A DNA stretch of 63,313 bases, counting the filler, from Choristocarpus tenellus KU-1152 (lineage: Eukaryota > Protista > Phaeophyceae): the NCBI GenBank assembly GCA_964200185.2. It is 10 parts of 10 records of this genome, joined end to end, with 100 filler letters (N's around TTAATTAATTAA, not from the genome) between each part and the next. Parts side by side here need not be neighbours in the genome. Positions count along the whole stretch, not along the records: positions 5,479 to 13,367 come from CAXNAD020005440.1; positions 13,468 to 25,264 come from CAXNAD020002137.1; 8 more parts are not named here. One strand, 5' to 3'. Shown piece after piece: positions 12,587 to 25,264 of the stretch (the stretch's first letter is position 1; each line of letters starts with the position of its first letter). Below the pieces are notes generated by a model. The model did no database searches, had not been told where the DNA came from, and was given only the letters and a program-made list of their open reading frames with translations. The position numbers and the translations under genes were made by a program.

Positions 12587-12962
12587 TTTGCGACTTGGAC
12601 AAGATCAGCTCCGCCTTGACGAAATGTACCTTCTCATTCACCAACCACTACTTTCTATACGATTTGGATAAGATTAGGTGGACCTTGAGGGAAACAATCT
12701 CGGAACGCGAACGAACAAGACCCTTTTTGCGATTTGGACAGGATCAGATGCACCTTGAAGTAAAAACTCTCAGAATAGAGACCACTTGTTACTTTGCGAT
12801 TTGGATAAGATTAGGTGCACGTTGAGGAAAAAAATCTCAGAACGTGAACAAACAAGGCCTTTTTTGCGATTTGGACAGGATCGGGTGCACCTTGACGAAA
12901 ACGTTAGTTCAATGGTCATCACATCCATTTTTCCTCTTGACACAAAATTAGGTACACCTTGA
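12587..12962. repeat. Array of ~33-bp conserved repeats separated by 34-37-bp variable spacers (period 67-70 bp)
   Basis: Core TTTGCGATTTGGAYARGATYAGGTGCACCTTGA starts at 12587, 12656, 12726, 12793 and 12863, with a degenerate copy at ~12930. Confidence 0.85.
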
Positions 12963-13069
12963 ATGATTATTAATTACGGCTTTCGGAACACCTTGAACAT
13001 GTCCAAACATGTGTTAGGTCCACCTTACTTTCTCCTTTTGGAAGAGTTTTTACCACTTTTGTCATCTCA

Positions 13070-13281
13070 GAGTCAAAGCGTTTAATAAGAGGGTATGAAT
13101 TTTTGCCCTGTTTGTCCGTTCAGGGCTTGGCCTCCCATGGATTTTTTACGCCCTTTTTCGGTTTTCTGTGTGAACAGTTACCAAAAATGTGTGCGACTAT
13201 GAAAGGTGTCTCCGGAGCAAGGATATTGACACCTGCCAACCAAACACGATAGCCCAACTTCATCATAATCGCCACAAATGT
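13070..13281. mobile_element. Divergent MITE (subfamily C, A-related), interrupted by a nested subfamily-B element
   Basis: Begins GAGTCAAAGCGTTTAATAAGAGGGT. The interior aligns with subfamily A up to 13281, where GGCTCAAAGTATCTGGGG begins. Confidence 0.75.
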
Positions 13282-13367
13282 GGCTCAAAGTATCTGGGGG
13301 GGGGGGGGGGGGGGGGGCTCTTGTGGGGCCATTTTTTTTTGGCGGGTGTTGTGGGGGTTTTGTTTTT
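13282..13367. mobile_element. MITE subfamily B terminus with poly-G, at contig end
   Basis: GGCTCAAAGTATCT followed by a long G run. Confidence 0.8.
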
Positions 13368-13467
13368 NNNNNNNNNNNNNNNNNNNNNNNNNNNNNNNNN
13401 NNNNNNNNNNNTTAATTAATTAANNNNNNNNNNNNNNNNNNNNNNNNNNNNNNNNNNNNNNNNNNNN

Positions 13468-13536
13468 TTTTCCTGATTTTGTCCCAAATGACCCCCCTGG
13501 TGAGGACCCCCCCCCCCCTCACAGATACTTTGGGTC
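13468..13536. mobile_element. MITE subfamily B terminus at contig start
   Basis: C-run followed by TCACAGATACTTTGGGTC. Confidence 0.75.
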
Positions 13537-14158
13537 TAACAGCAGCGTGAACATCTCTTTGTAGGAAACAAATGAGATTGCTCTGTTAAAATTAAGTTGG
13601 TGGGTATAGATTTGAAGAAGAAAGTGTGTGGGAAACGAAAAAAAAATGTTATTGTAGCAGAAGTTCTTGTGCTTTCCAATCAATAGTTTGTTGTGGTCCT
13701 TGAGTTTGTGATATCCCTCCCATGGGACATCTATACACTGACAATTTGCAGGTGCATCAGAGGAGAGAGAAGACAAATAAGACCAAAACTACAAGAACTT
13801 CTGATACAAGTAATAACATTAAATACTCAGTTATCGTCCAAGATTCTTCTTAAAATCCGTACTAACTACACAATGATGTCCCTATTAAATACGTGGTAGT
13901 AGAACGTGACAGTGAAAGTAATTTATGACACGGTAGAGATGAATGCTGGGTGGATATGTCTCGCTTTTTAACTCTTACTGGCTCGGTACTCTCCTTCTAT
14001 TTGAAATGGAAAAATAAATTTTGAAGTAGTAGTAGTAGAGATGGTAGAAGACCCAAATGGAAGTGGTTACGTTATCTCTAAAGGAATAACAAAATCCGAC
14101 ACAAACAAAAAAACTCCAAAGGAGTGGGGTGGAGGGGTTGAAGGATCGATCAGGTGTT

Positions 14159-14298
14159 GCTACTTCTACTTCTACTGCTGCTGCTGCTGCTGCTGCTACT
14201 GCTACTGCTACTGCTACTGCTATTCCTACCACTATAACTACCACTACTACTAGTACGTACTACTAGTACTACATTACCATTTGTACTACTACTACTAT
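14159..14298. repeat. Compound (CTA/CTG)n microsatellite
   Basis: Direct observation of trinucleotide runs. Confidence 0.95.
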
Positions 14299-14830
14299 CG
14301 TGCGACTCACAGTTTGCAGATTCTTCTGATTCTTCTGCAAATAAACCTTTTCTCCTACATTGGCATACACAATATACAAGGACGATACACCTCTTACCAC
14401 AAGCACTTCAAACATCGTGCCCTTCTGAAAACCTGCTTCCAACGGCAAGGTCATGGGATGTAGAAGTACAAAATAATGACGAAGTCATACTCACAATGAG
14501 TTGATTTGAAGGTCTCCATATCATGGATCCTGGGTCTAGAAACCGCCCGCAAAATGCAAATCACGCCCCATCTCGCACAGAAAAGACGATCCTTCACGCT
14601 TTCTAAGAAGTTTTGTTCTATTTGACAATAAAAACAGAATTATGAAACCGTTGGAAGAAATTAGTCGAAGAACGGGCAGGGTACGCGCCTTTTGAATCGT
14701 GGTGATAGCTGGAACCAATGCAAAACAAACTGTTGGAGTTCCTGACTGGAGAAGATCTCGACTCTCACAAAATAGAGAAGTCACCCCAACAACTGGTATA
14801 ATACAAGAGTCGATCGGTCTTTCATTCACT

Positions 14831-17800
14831 ATGGAAGTGGTGTCGCTTCTCCATCGTGCGGCACTTTCTCGCCTGCGCAGGGCCTTGTGCTCAAAGGCAG
14901 GAGTCCAGAAGGGTGTTGCATTTGATGCGTTTGTGATTGAGGTGTATCGTACTTGTATATACGATGACGGTCATATAGGAAAGAAGGGGTATTTGCAAAA
15001 GCCAGAAGAATCTCGACAACTCGTGGAAAACATCTCTTGCCTCTTCGACTTGGTGGACATCGATAGTTCCGGAAAAATTGACTGGGTGGACTTTACTGAC
15101 TTTTGTGCAGACGTTGGAAATAATCACCTATTCCCAGCAGGAAAGAGTGGGGTGGAAGATAATCAAGAAGGGGCGCTCGTCTCGACATCGAAAAGAAGCA
15201 CCACCTTTACCGAGAAGCGTGGATACATCGACCGCAGCTCACACTGTCAAGAGGTGTGGGTGTAACTTGTGGTTAGGTGGACAAGAGGACACAGCCAGAG
15301 GATAAATACACACCTTACATGTGTGATATTCAGGGAAATCGCTTGATTTGGCTGGGGAGAATTCAATCGAATACGAAAGCTGCAGAGGTCTAGAATTCTA
15401 CTACTTCACAGTTTCATATCTTGGACATCTATCTTAGTACTCTTCGTGTATTCTGGAGTTGTTCGCTTCAATAACACAAGTAGAGTCTATGTAGAATGAA
15501 TAACCGAATTTGAGGTCGATAGTGTACAAGTAAGGGATAACAGTTTGCGTCCAGTCTCATATCTTGTTTTCTTTGAAAATTAACATTTGCATACAGATTT
15601 TGAGCCTCCGGTTTGTGAAGGAGCTTCAGCTGCTCTTGGTTGTAGAAGGAGGACAGCACCTCCTCAAGGTGTACACAAAGGGTATCCATCGAAAACTTGA
15701 GATAGAGCCTTCGATCGCTGTTAAAAGGATAGTTATCGACGAGATAGGAGGTAGATCGGTTCGTTCTAAGCAGCACCAACGGAGCCAAAACAAGAGTGAG
15801 AGGCTAAACACCATGCTCGAGCAGAGCCCCACGGTGAGATAGGGCGCAACCATACAGCAGGGGTGTTGGAGTTTTGCGAAATATGGACACTACAGGTGTG
15901 TTTAACAGGTAAATTTTAGTTGCGACTGACAGTGCTTGGCATTAGAATAGAAGGATGGCTGTCCAGATTGAATATGCCTGAATCATCCAAAGTATCGATG
16001 CACAGCAGGTGGATGCACATGTCAGCAATGGAACAAGCTGCTTCTTGTGATCAAACACATGAAACCCCAACCAGCTTAGCAGGGACAATATGTCAGTTTT
16101 GGCGGCAGAATATATTGGGCACGGCAACCAGGCTATTGTAAGCTGTGCAGATGGCTACCTCACGGTTTGGGACCTCAATACAGCAAAGCTGCTGCGATAT
16201 ATTTATGTTGGAGATGTACAGGTCGGACTCAGGTTTTGTCCTGCTATGGACGTTCTTATCTCGTGGGGTGTTGATGAGTTTCACAATGATTTCTTGGTGT
16301 GGAACGTTGAGACGTTGACTGCTATGCACACGCTTAATGGACACACTGCCCCAATCAGGGACGTATGTGAAGTATGCCCAACTGCCCCGATCGATGGAGG
16401 AGTTGACTGCAAAAGGGAAAGGAATCTTGGTGAGTTGTACTCTGGAGAAATATGACTGAGCACAAGAGATAAAATGTTCTTCAAGGTACCTTCTAAAATT
16501 AAGAATATATGCCTTAGTTCCAAAGCATTAAAGAGGGTAGGGTTGCGTCCATTCGGGGTCATAAATCCAATTTTGTGATTTTGATTAATTTTGACTATCA
16601 TGCTTGTTAGCAACTGTCAATCATGCTTGCTCTGGACAAACCTTTCATAGTCATATACATTTTACCTACTCTGAAATGTTTCGGAGTAGGTAACTGTGCC
16701 CACAAAGAAAACCCAAAAGGGGCATAAAGAACCCGTGGGAAGCCAAGCCCTGAGTGGACAAACAGGGCAAAACCCTACCCTCTTAAATGCTTTGGGCCTA
16801 ACGGCCAAGTTGAACAATGCCAGCTTTTGTATCTTTGGCAGAAGAACTGCAGCAACCCAGATGACTCGTGGGTTTCTCTTCTTTGATATTGCTGGTAACA
16901 AACACTTTTGCCCAGGTCCTTACAGTATCCACCCACACCCTCTCACCCTGATGGTCCCAACTCTCAATGGTGGAACTCTTTGATTATCTACTTTGACACA
17001 TCCTGCATTCCAAAGATACTGCATGTGACTCTTGTGTATACCCAGAATATAAAAGTGCACCTCTAATTTTATATAGCAGTTGTATCCAGTAATTTGTGAA
17101 GTAGTCGTTCACCCCTCCCACCCCCTCACAGCATGTATCCCCCCTGTCTCACAATTCAACATCTCTCCTTCTGCAGTAACTGCTGGTATGGATGGTAGGG
17201 TTATACTCTGGGATCTAAAGCTCGATTTTTCAGAGAGATCCAGGAAACCTGAGCAGGTATGGGTGATAGTAGGAGTGCTATAGTCTTGGCATTAAAAATC
17301 AGTTAAGAGAGAAGGAGTAAGGGTTTATGCAATTCGAAGTAACTGCAAATGATGGGGAGCCTTGGGTACCGGATGAAAGGACTATTGTAAAGCTTGCTCA
17401 CCACAAAGGGGTGCAGGTAGCAATGTTGGCAACAAGGTATCCATTCTCTTTTACTCTATTTCTCCTCAATCAACCAACAGCAAGCAAGGAGATAGACAAG
17501 AAACAATGGGTATAGGTGGTACAACTGGCAGGGAAGTGGATGTGATGTAGTAACCCAGCCCAAACTTCTCCAATCTTGAAAAGTAGGTGTCCATTCTGCA
17601 GGGCCACGTGCATGGTATCCTCTCTGTAACTTACTCTGGTGCCCATGACATCATCATCACAGCTGGATTCGACTTTGAGGCCATCTGTTGGGACCGCAGC
17701 ACCAGGCACATCCAGCAGCGCCTTACTGGACACCGCCACTCTCTTATCGGTGTTGCTATCGCTGAGCATGAAACGGAGAGGGCAATCACTGGAGATTCGG

Positions 17801-20728
17801 GGGGTACCTTCAGGCTGTGGGACATTGGGGGCCGACGAAGCTTGAGCAGTGGATGCTGTCTCCAAACGTTTTCTCTTGCAAACGTACAGGCTACTCAACC
17901 ACGAACCATGGCAGTGGTATGGGGCCAGGGACTAGTTGTGGCAGGATCTAAGATGCATGTTTTCAGAGTAGTCCGGGATATCCGGCCCAATTTTCCTCCT
18001 GTTGGGGCCTGGTTTTCCTCTCACACAGGAAACATTTGTGTTCTCTTGGGTGGTGTTGGTCTTTTCTTGAATGCTAGCACGGGGGAAGTTGTTTCGCGAG
18101 TGAACCTCTCTGCACGGACCTCCCCCCCTGGGAGGGAGGTGACATCTGTATGCTTCGATGCGATGCATAAGAAAGTTCTTGTGGGAGACCAGGATGGGGG
18201 TCTGCACCTTTACAGTGGTGTCAGTGGGAGCTGGGTTCGTGCTGCCAAGCCCCATTCCGCTGAGGTGTCTGCTCTACTCTATGTGGACCGTGATGGGACA
18301 TTCATCAGCGTGGGGTGGGATCGCACAATACAGATTCATGAGGCTGTTGCTCGCCTTCCCCATGGAGGTGGTTGTAGTGGCAGTGCAAATGGCAGGTTCA
18401 AGGTAAAGGGTCGGGTTGGCAAAGGAGGGCCTTGGAGAAGTGGAAGAGAAGGCAGAAGCTGGACAGGACGGCAGTGTTCATCCCAAATATCGGAAGGGGG
18501 TAGGAATGATGGAGTATTACGCTCGGTGAGGCAAGCACATGATGCAGATATTACAGCAGTGACATTTTCAGCAAATCTGGGGCTTCTGGCCACTGCTGCC
18601 CATGACCTGACAGTGCGTGTGAGTAATGACTTAAGTACCTGTTGGGAGGAGTTTAGTAGATAAGGCTGACCATGAAAGGGTTTATGTCAACTTGAATGAG
18701 CCCTGCCGACTTCTCTTTGAATGTTGGTCAAGAAGAGACCACTGTATTCAACATTCCACTCCCCCAAGAATGAATACGGATAGAGTATTTTGCCCTTGCC
18801 CGGCCTCTGCAACGATAGTGCTTGTTGGAAACCCTTGTAATGTACTATATGGTATCGTGAAGAAAAAATGTGGTCCGCTCATTACCAGGCAGTATATACA
18901 CAACCTGGTGAGATATAGCGAAGCCACACTTTGTAACCTGCCTCTGTACTCCAAGAAACCCTCTTGCTCCGCTCTCTTGATGTGTCCATACTCTCTCCTC
19001 CTGGCTAATTCAGCTACCACTACTACTGTTTCTGCTCCCTCTGTGCTCCACTTCCTTTCTCATTTTCTTTTCTGATGGCGGGACAGGTCTGGGACTATGC
19101 CCTACTCACACTGGAGGAGGTGCTCGTTGCTCACCTCCATGAATTGACTTGCCTGTGTTTCCTTGACCCCCTACCTTGCCTAGCCACTGCTGATGCTGCG
19201 GGAAAAGTGATGCTATGGGCCACACGACCACACCCCAATGCATGGAGCATGCTGTTCCTGATGAGGAATACCGTACTTGTCACTGTGGCGGTGCCCACTG
19301 AGGGTAAGGTCACTATTGGTCGGGGTTCACAAGGGGGTAGAGGAGAAAGTGTGGGGGTGGTCAGAGAGGAAAGACTGGAAAGGAAGATTGCACCTGCACC
19401 TGTAACAGCTATTACCTTCCACTATGATCCAAGTGCTATACAGGAGCAACGAGGGTCAGAGGAAGGAGGGAAGTGCAAAGACAATGGACTACCAACAGGG
19501 AAGAACCTGCACGAAGAGGAAGAAATGTTCAGGAGCAGCAGCAAATATTGTAGTGAGGATCACGCGATTGATGAGAGGCAGAGGTCCAAGAAACAGGATT
19601 CAGAAAGGGAGTCAATGCAGGGAGTGCAAGGAGCAGTAAAGGGGACCCATCTTGAGGGTAAAAGACGTTTGTGTTCATTGCTCACAGGTGATGACTTGGG
19701 GTCAGTAAGGGTATGGGATGTCACGACCATCCTTGACAGGGCACTAGCCAATGGTGCGAGTGCATTAAACTGTTCCTCTCCGTCTGAAGGTTGTAGCCCT
19801 GGGAAGGAGGAGGCTGGTAAATACCAGAGCATCCACCATCGCCCTGGCCCCCTTGATGGGGTGAGATCACAGATGGCAGTTCGTCTCAGGACATTGATTT
19901 CAATAGCCGAGGTGCTGCGTAGGCTGGGTCGTCTCCCTCCTCATCCAAATAGCATGTACTTGAAAGACAGGGAAAAGATGGGTCACCAAGTTGGGACATG
20001 TGGATACCAAGCCGAAGGGGCTAGTGCTCCCAAATGTACTTCCACCTTCATGGCATCTCCACAAACATCATCTTGTGCAAGTAAGACCTTGAGGAGCAAG
20101 GGCCATGAGCTACCTGGGAATCTGTTAGACGGGAAAGAACTTGCTGAGTGCCATCAAAATCAGGGAAGAGGAGGTGTGCTGGAGATGCAGCACATGATGG
20201 GGATCCACAACAAGGTAGAGGCTGTACTCAACGCCTCAGTGGGGGAGATTGAGCCAATAAAGTCATGGTCGGCGCACACTGACAGTATCAATTCCCTCCA
20301 GGTTTGTGCTGTGCCCCACTCCCAGAATTGGAAAAAATGGATGAAAGGGCATGAGTCAAGTCGTCACTTTGTATCGTCTACTGCGATATCTTGTGGAGAC
20401 TTTAGTTCTAAGGTTTATTCTAACCCTAAAACTTTAGCTCCAGGAACGGATCTCAAATCAAAGAATTTTTTTTTAAATGAAATTTTGAAGTGTCAGTGTT
20501 GCCAAACAAAAGTATCTTGTTGGTTTGACATGATACTCGATATGATATTTGATATGATATTTGATATGATATTTGCTCGAGAATGTCATACCAAAATCGG
20601 TAGTCTCCAACAGAAGAAACCAGGGTATTAAGTAGGTGTAGGTGGGTTGACGGTACCGTATATAGTAGTAACAGTTTGAGTAAGTTTGGTAACATTTATT
20701 GTCAAATACCGTCATATTTAGTGTTGTG

Positions 20729-20759
<31 letters not shown>

Positions 20760-23700
20760 TGTATGTATGTATGTATGTATGTATGTATGTATGTATAGCA
20801 CTATTCTGTACAGCACTATTCTAACAATAGCTGTATCGCAGTGCAATGAGTGTGTAGATCGTTTCTACGATCTTGAACCGACAGTGTTCTCTACGCTAGA
20901 ATCTCTGTTGACTGACTTATCACACCTCCTTTCCTCCCTCTCTCCCTCGACAGATAATCCAAGATCCCCCATCCATCCTCACGTGCTCACTCGATCACTC
21001 TGTTCGTCTTTTTTCCCTAGACGGGAATCAGCTGGCTGTCGTTATCCAGGATGGTCAGGTAGGTCAAGCTCCCTGGTTGTTTCGGCCTCCAATTCCTGGA
21101 CGAAACTTAGCTGCAGCGAGGAAAGCCAGAGACCTGACTGAAGACCTGAGGAGGGTGAGAAGAGCTGAACGACAGCGTCTGGCAACCTCAGCCTTCACTC
21201 CAGCCTCCGCCTCAGCGGCGGTCTCAGTTCCATCAATAGAGGTCTGGCTCACAGAGACAGCGCCAGATCCTCCTGTGACATGCCTTGCAGTCCCAGAGAC
21301 TCAAAGTCAGGAGATTCCATCTCATCCTAAATGCAAACTTAAGAGTCCTGTTGACAAATCGACAGACATCTTAAAGAAGACAGAAGTGCCAGTATCCCCA
21401 CTGCACATTGGGTGGACAGAAAGGACAGGTGAGAGAAATGAGGAGGTGCAGAAGGTGAGGAGGGTACAGGCAATAAATCAGGCAAGGAATGTGTCACGTG
21501 GGACTGGGTATTCAACACAAACTTCCAGGAGCGAGGGGAGTCGTGGGTCCTTTAGTTTAGGTGATAAGCCCAGGGTGGATGTCACAAACTGGATGCTTGA
21601 GGAGCAAAGACAGCAAAGGAATGGGAGGTTGCATAATGAAGCGTGCTTGGAGACTGTGCTGCCCGGGGAGACAGAAGTAAGGGTAGGTGGCAGGTATGGT
21701 GGTCAGGGAAAGCTTAAGGATGACTGGGACGCTATCGAAAGGGCAAGGTACTCATGCTTGGGTGCTGAGCAAGAGAGAAAAACGAAGAAAAGAACCCGCA
21801 TGACAGAGGCCCACACAATCGAACAGATCTCCCGTGTCAGGGCAGGGTTTGAAAGGAAGGGTGCAAACCCACCTCAGAGGCCACAGACCGCCCCAGGAAC
21901 GATGTGGGGGAACAATGCCAGTACTGGCTTGCTTGTGCGAGCAAGTGGGGCTGGCAAGGGTGAGCTTGGGAAGAGTTGTAGAGGTGACGGAAACAAAATA
22001 AGGAGCTGGGAGACTGGAGACGATACCAGGAAACCTGGTGAAGGTTTGCTTTCAGAAAGTGGAGAGGGAAAGGATCGCTTGCAACCTTCTTGTTCAGCAT
22101 CCTTACAGGGTGCTGCTAATTTTTTGTCATCTACCTTGACCCTGAAGGATCCCATGACTGTAGTGCACCGGAAAATAATTCCCAGTGATTGGGAAGGTGG
22201 TAACAGCAGTGGATATGATGAAAGCAGAAATCTACCGGCGAGCACATCTGAATGCACCCTTGTCCGCCACCGGATTGGATCTACCTCCGCACCTACTCTT
22301 GGGTCCCCAGCAACAGAACAAGACACTCCACCTGCAGAGCAGAGTGTAGTCCATCATGGGAGTGTGGTTGGAGGCAGGGGAAGTGCTTCCGACTGGAGTA
22401 AGATAATGGGCATGGGGGGGGGGGTAAAGTCGTCATTAAACCGAGGGTCTGTAGCAACCTTGTCAGTGGCTACAGCCCACTCTGGTGCATTTGCAGATAA
22501 GAGCGACTCCTGGAAGCATAGGGCTGCCAGTGCAAAACGATTGGGTAGAATTGATTCAATCATTGATGGCTTCCACTGCATTGAAGGGACGCATATTGAT
22601 ACCCATTCACAAACCAATCTTGCAGTTGAGGCAGTGCAACCCAAAGCCACAAGTAAGGAGACCATGAGCTCAGGGGTTGGAATAAAAGCTGTTGAAGGGG
22701 AAGGCTGGGGGATGTGTTCCCCTACAACCATGCCCTCAGATCGCCTCCGGCAATTGCTATCGAAATTTGAACTGCTCACTGAAGGAGGCAGTGGAGGGCA
22801 AGCCAACAACCTTACAGGCATTCTATCCCCTGAGCAGAGGAAGGGTGGCGGTTGGGGCAAGGGGGTTAGATGCAAAGACAGAGCGATTGGTGATGACGTT
22901 GGTGGTGCCAACTCTTCCACATTGCAGCAGACCGCTCAAAAACATAACGAGCGGTACAGGAGAGCAAAAAAGCACTCAGTGGGTGCGATGAATGAGAGCT
23001 ACCAGCGGAAGCTGGAGACTACAGTAGGCTTAAGCGGGCCATGTGGGGGCCGGTTCGGCCCGTATGGCTTGGATGATGTTCTCAAGTTTAGAGAATTCAT
23101 ATCCCACTTTGATGGGCGGAAAGGGGTTGGGACTCTGAATGTTGATGCACTGCTGGAGGCTGCGGAGGTACAGGGTGATAATTACACAATTGCACTTCTG
23201 CGTGGGATGTCCAAAGCAAGCATCCACGATTCAAATCGCCACATGTCAACAGAGGATTTTATGCAGGTGTTAGTTATTGAAGGGTAGAGGGGAGGTAGTT
23301 GTCATTACTCTTCAGCTCATTTCGTTTGATTTTTCTTGTCTTTGTCTATACTATATCTGTGGGAAGCAGGGATTTCAAGTTGTACTGTTTTTGCTGAGCA
23401 TACTCTCTGTCCTTCCTTGTGCTGTCAAAGTTCTCAACACATCCAATTTGCGCTCGAAATTTTTTTGAGAGGTACATTCAATAGGTACAGCTAAAAGCTG
23501 AAAATCGTTTGAGAGGTAGCACTCTTCCCGAGAAAATCGGATTTCTTGACTGGATTTTTTTGTTATTAGTACCTGAAATATACTAAAAAAAAATGCTTGG
23601 ATTAGAGAAAACAACAGTGTGACTAGGTCTGATATTGTTTTGCAATTGACCTCTTTGGCATTCAGGGTCGATTGTGATGCACTTTAGAGTAAGGGTCGAA

Positions 23701-24878
23701 TCTAGACTCTTTTCACACCCTGGTCTCACAACAAAGCTCTGTAGAATAGGACCGTTGACGAGTACCACCACTGATAATTAGTGTATCTCTTGATTAATCC
23801 TGATCATGTGCAGTAGCAAATTGATACAATGAGAAAAGGACACACCCATATGGGTGGGTGCAGGGTTGGTACATGGCGTGGGTAGCTCACAATGCTTCTG
23901 CTATGAGCCACTATACTTCCAAAGTATGAAGTTACTATTCCAAACGAGTTTAGGTAGCCTAATTGCTTTATCCTGCAGATGACCCCCATTCGAGACAGAC
24001 CAAGTGGAATCTTTCCTGCCCTACAAATCTCGCCACACAGCAGTAGATCATTCTTTGAGGTCTAGTAGAGCATTGCATACGCACATCCCGTGGGAAAAAT
24101 CTGTAACAGTTGCTGAAGATTCTAACAGCCTTGATGGATCAGGAGTGAAAGTATCTTAGGGTTAGGGTACAATTTTTGCCCTGTTTTGTCCGTTTGGGGC
24201 TTGACTTCCCACGTTTTTTTTAATTACATTTTACTACCTACTCCGAAGTATTTTGGAGTAGGTAAAACATATAGGGGTTATGAAAAGGTGTATCTACAAC
24301 AAGGGTATTGTCACTTGCTAGCAAACACGATAGCCAAAATTACATCGAAATCGCAACATTGGATTGTGGCACCCAAATGGACGTGGCTCTACCCTAACCC
24401 TGAGATACTTTGACTCTCAGCACACTTGCGTCCGAAAAACGTGCCCCCTTGGCCTCCTTTTTGTGTACGTAACAGCTGGTGTTTCACTTTGCCAAGTACG
24501 AGGAGCTAAAGCGAATTTCCAACGCATTGTGCCTCATGTCCCTTGTTGAGAGGCTACGAGATGGAGCTGCACTTCCCCTCGAGGATGACGGAGCTCTCCT
24601 TGCTGCTGGTGGGGAAGGCAGACTGTCTCAGACTGCCTGCTGCGATATCGAGAACACTTTTCGGGTGGGCTTTTTGTGCAGATGACTTTGTCGTCCTCCC
24701 GAGGGAGCATGAGTCTTTCACTGACTTGAAGTATGAGGGAGCATATCCATCCACGCCTGGGATTAGCAATAGAAAAAAAAAAGAAAGAGATTCCCTTCCG
24801 ATTCATGGCAGCTACAACAACTACCATTTTTTTTTATGGTTTATTTGACAGGGATTGGAGAAACAGTGGGCACTTTGA
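14831..24878 (+). CDS. EF-hand and WD40-repeat protein (WDR49/EFCAB8/WDR64-like), 9 exons
   Basis: Phase-consistent GT-AG exons 14831-15253, 15597-15833, 16075-16429, 17177-17256, 17587-18618, 19087-20301, 20954-23266, 24476-24664 and 24852-24878. EF-hand DIDSSGKIDWVDF is followed by many GH...WD repeats (LNGHTAPIRDV, VTAGMDGRVILWD, LQGHVHGILSV, LTGHRHSLIGV...FRLWD, AHDADITAV...VRVWD). The exon 3 acceptor and the last exon are less certain. Confidence 0.85.
16517..16798. mobile_element. MITE subfamily C (intronic)
   Basis: TIRs GTTCCAAAGCATTAAAGAGGGTAGGG / CCCTACCCTCTTAAATGCTTTGGGCC. The interior is homologous to subfamily A. No clean TSD. Confidence 0.8.
20731..20796. repeat. (ATGT)n microsatellite, intronic
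   Basis: Direct observation. Confidence 0.95.
24143..24416. mobile_element. MITE subfamily A variant, 4-bp TSD TCAG, intronic
   Basis: TCAG-GAGTGAAAGTATCTTAGGGTTAGGG...CCCTAACCCTGAGATACTTTGACTC-TCAG. Confidence 0.92.
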
Positions 24879-25247
24879 GTCGTTGCTTTGGAACGACAAC
24901 CTCTTCTTCTGAGTAGCCAGTCAAACCCCACGATAGTCAAAAAAATATATAGAAAGCCTAAGATCTTTATCTGCCCGCCCTGACTGCTGTGTTGGAACTG
25001 GAACTAGGGCATGGGCCATGACCCCTGTGGCACATGCACGGTTAGAGAGATGCACGACATGCTGGCTAGGGCTGGATGGGAGGGTATACCTGGTTACGAA
25101 GAGCTGGAAGCCACTGCATTACACAACGGAATTGAGAAGTAGGTTATATCAGGCGGCAAGGGCAAGGGCAAGGGCAAGGACACAAGGCCATGCTGGTATT
25201 GGGAGGTTAAGGGAGATTGCATGTGTGATTGTGTGGGCAAGTGCATT

Positions 25248-25264
25248 GGGTTAAAGTATCTGGG
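25248..25264. mobile_element. MITE subfamily B terminus at contig end
   Basis: GGGTTAAAGTATCTGGG runs into the gap. Confidence 0.6.

Noticed and set aside
12587-12962. Bona fide CRISPR-Cas locus
   Set aside because: There are no cas genes and the context is eukaryotic. The repeats vary among themselves and spacers 2 and 4 are duplicates. It is kept only as a CRISPR-like array.
13975-14253. Poly-Cys/Tyr and poly-Ala/Val ORFs
   Set aside because: These are translations of a (CTA/CTG)n microsatellite.
20731-21141. MYVC-repeat ORF (also inside the ORF at 41828-42241)
   Set aside because: It is the translation of intronic (ATGT)n microsatellites.
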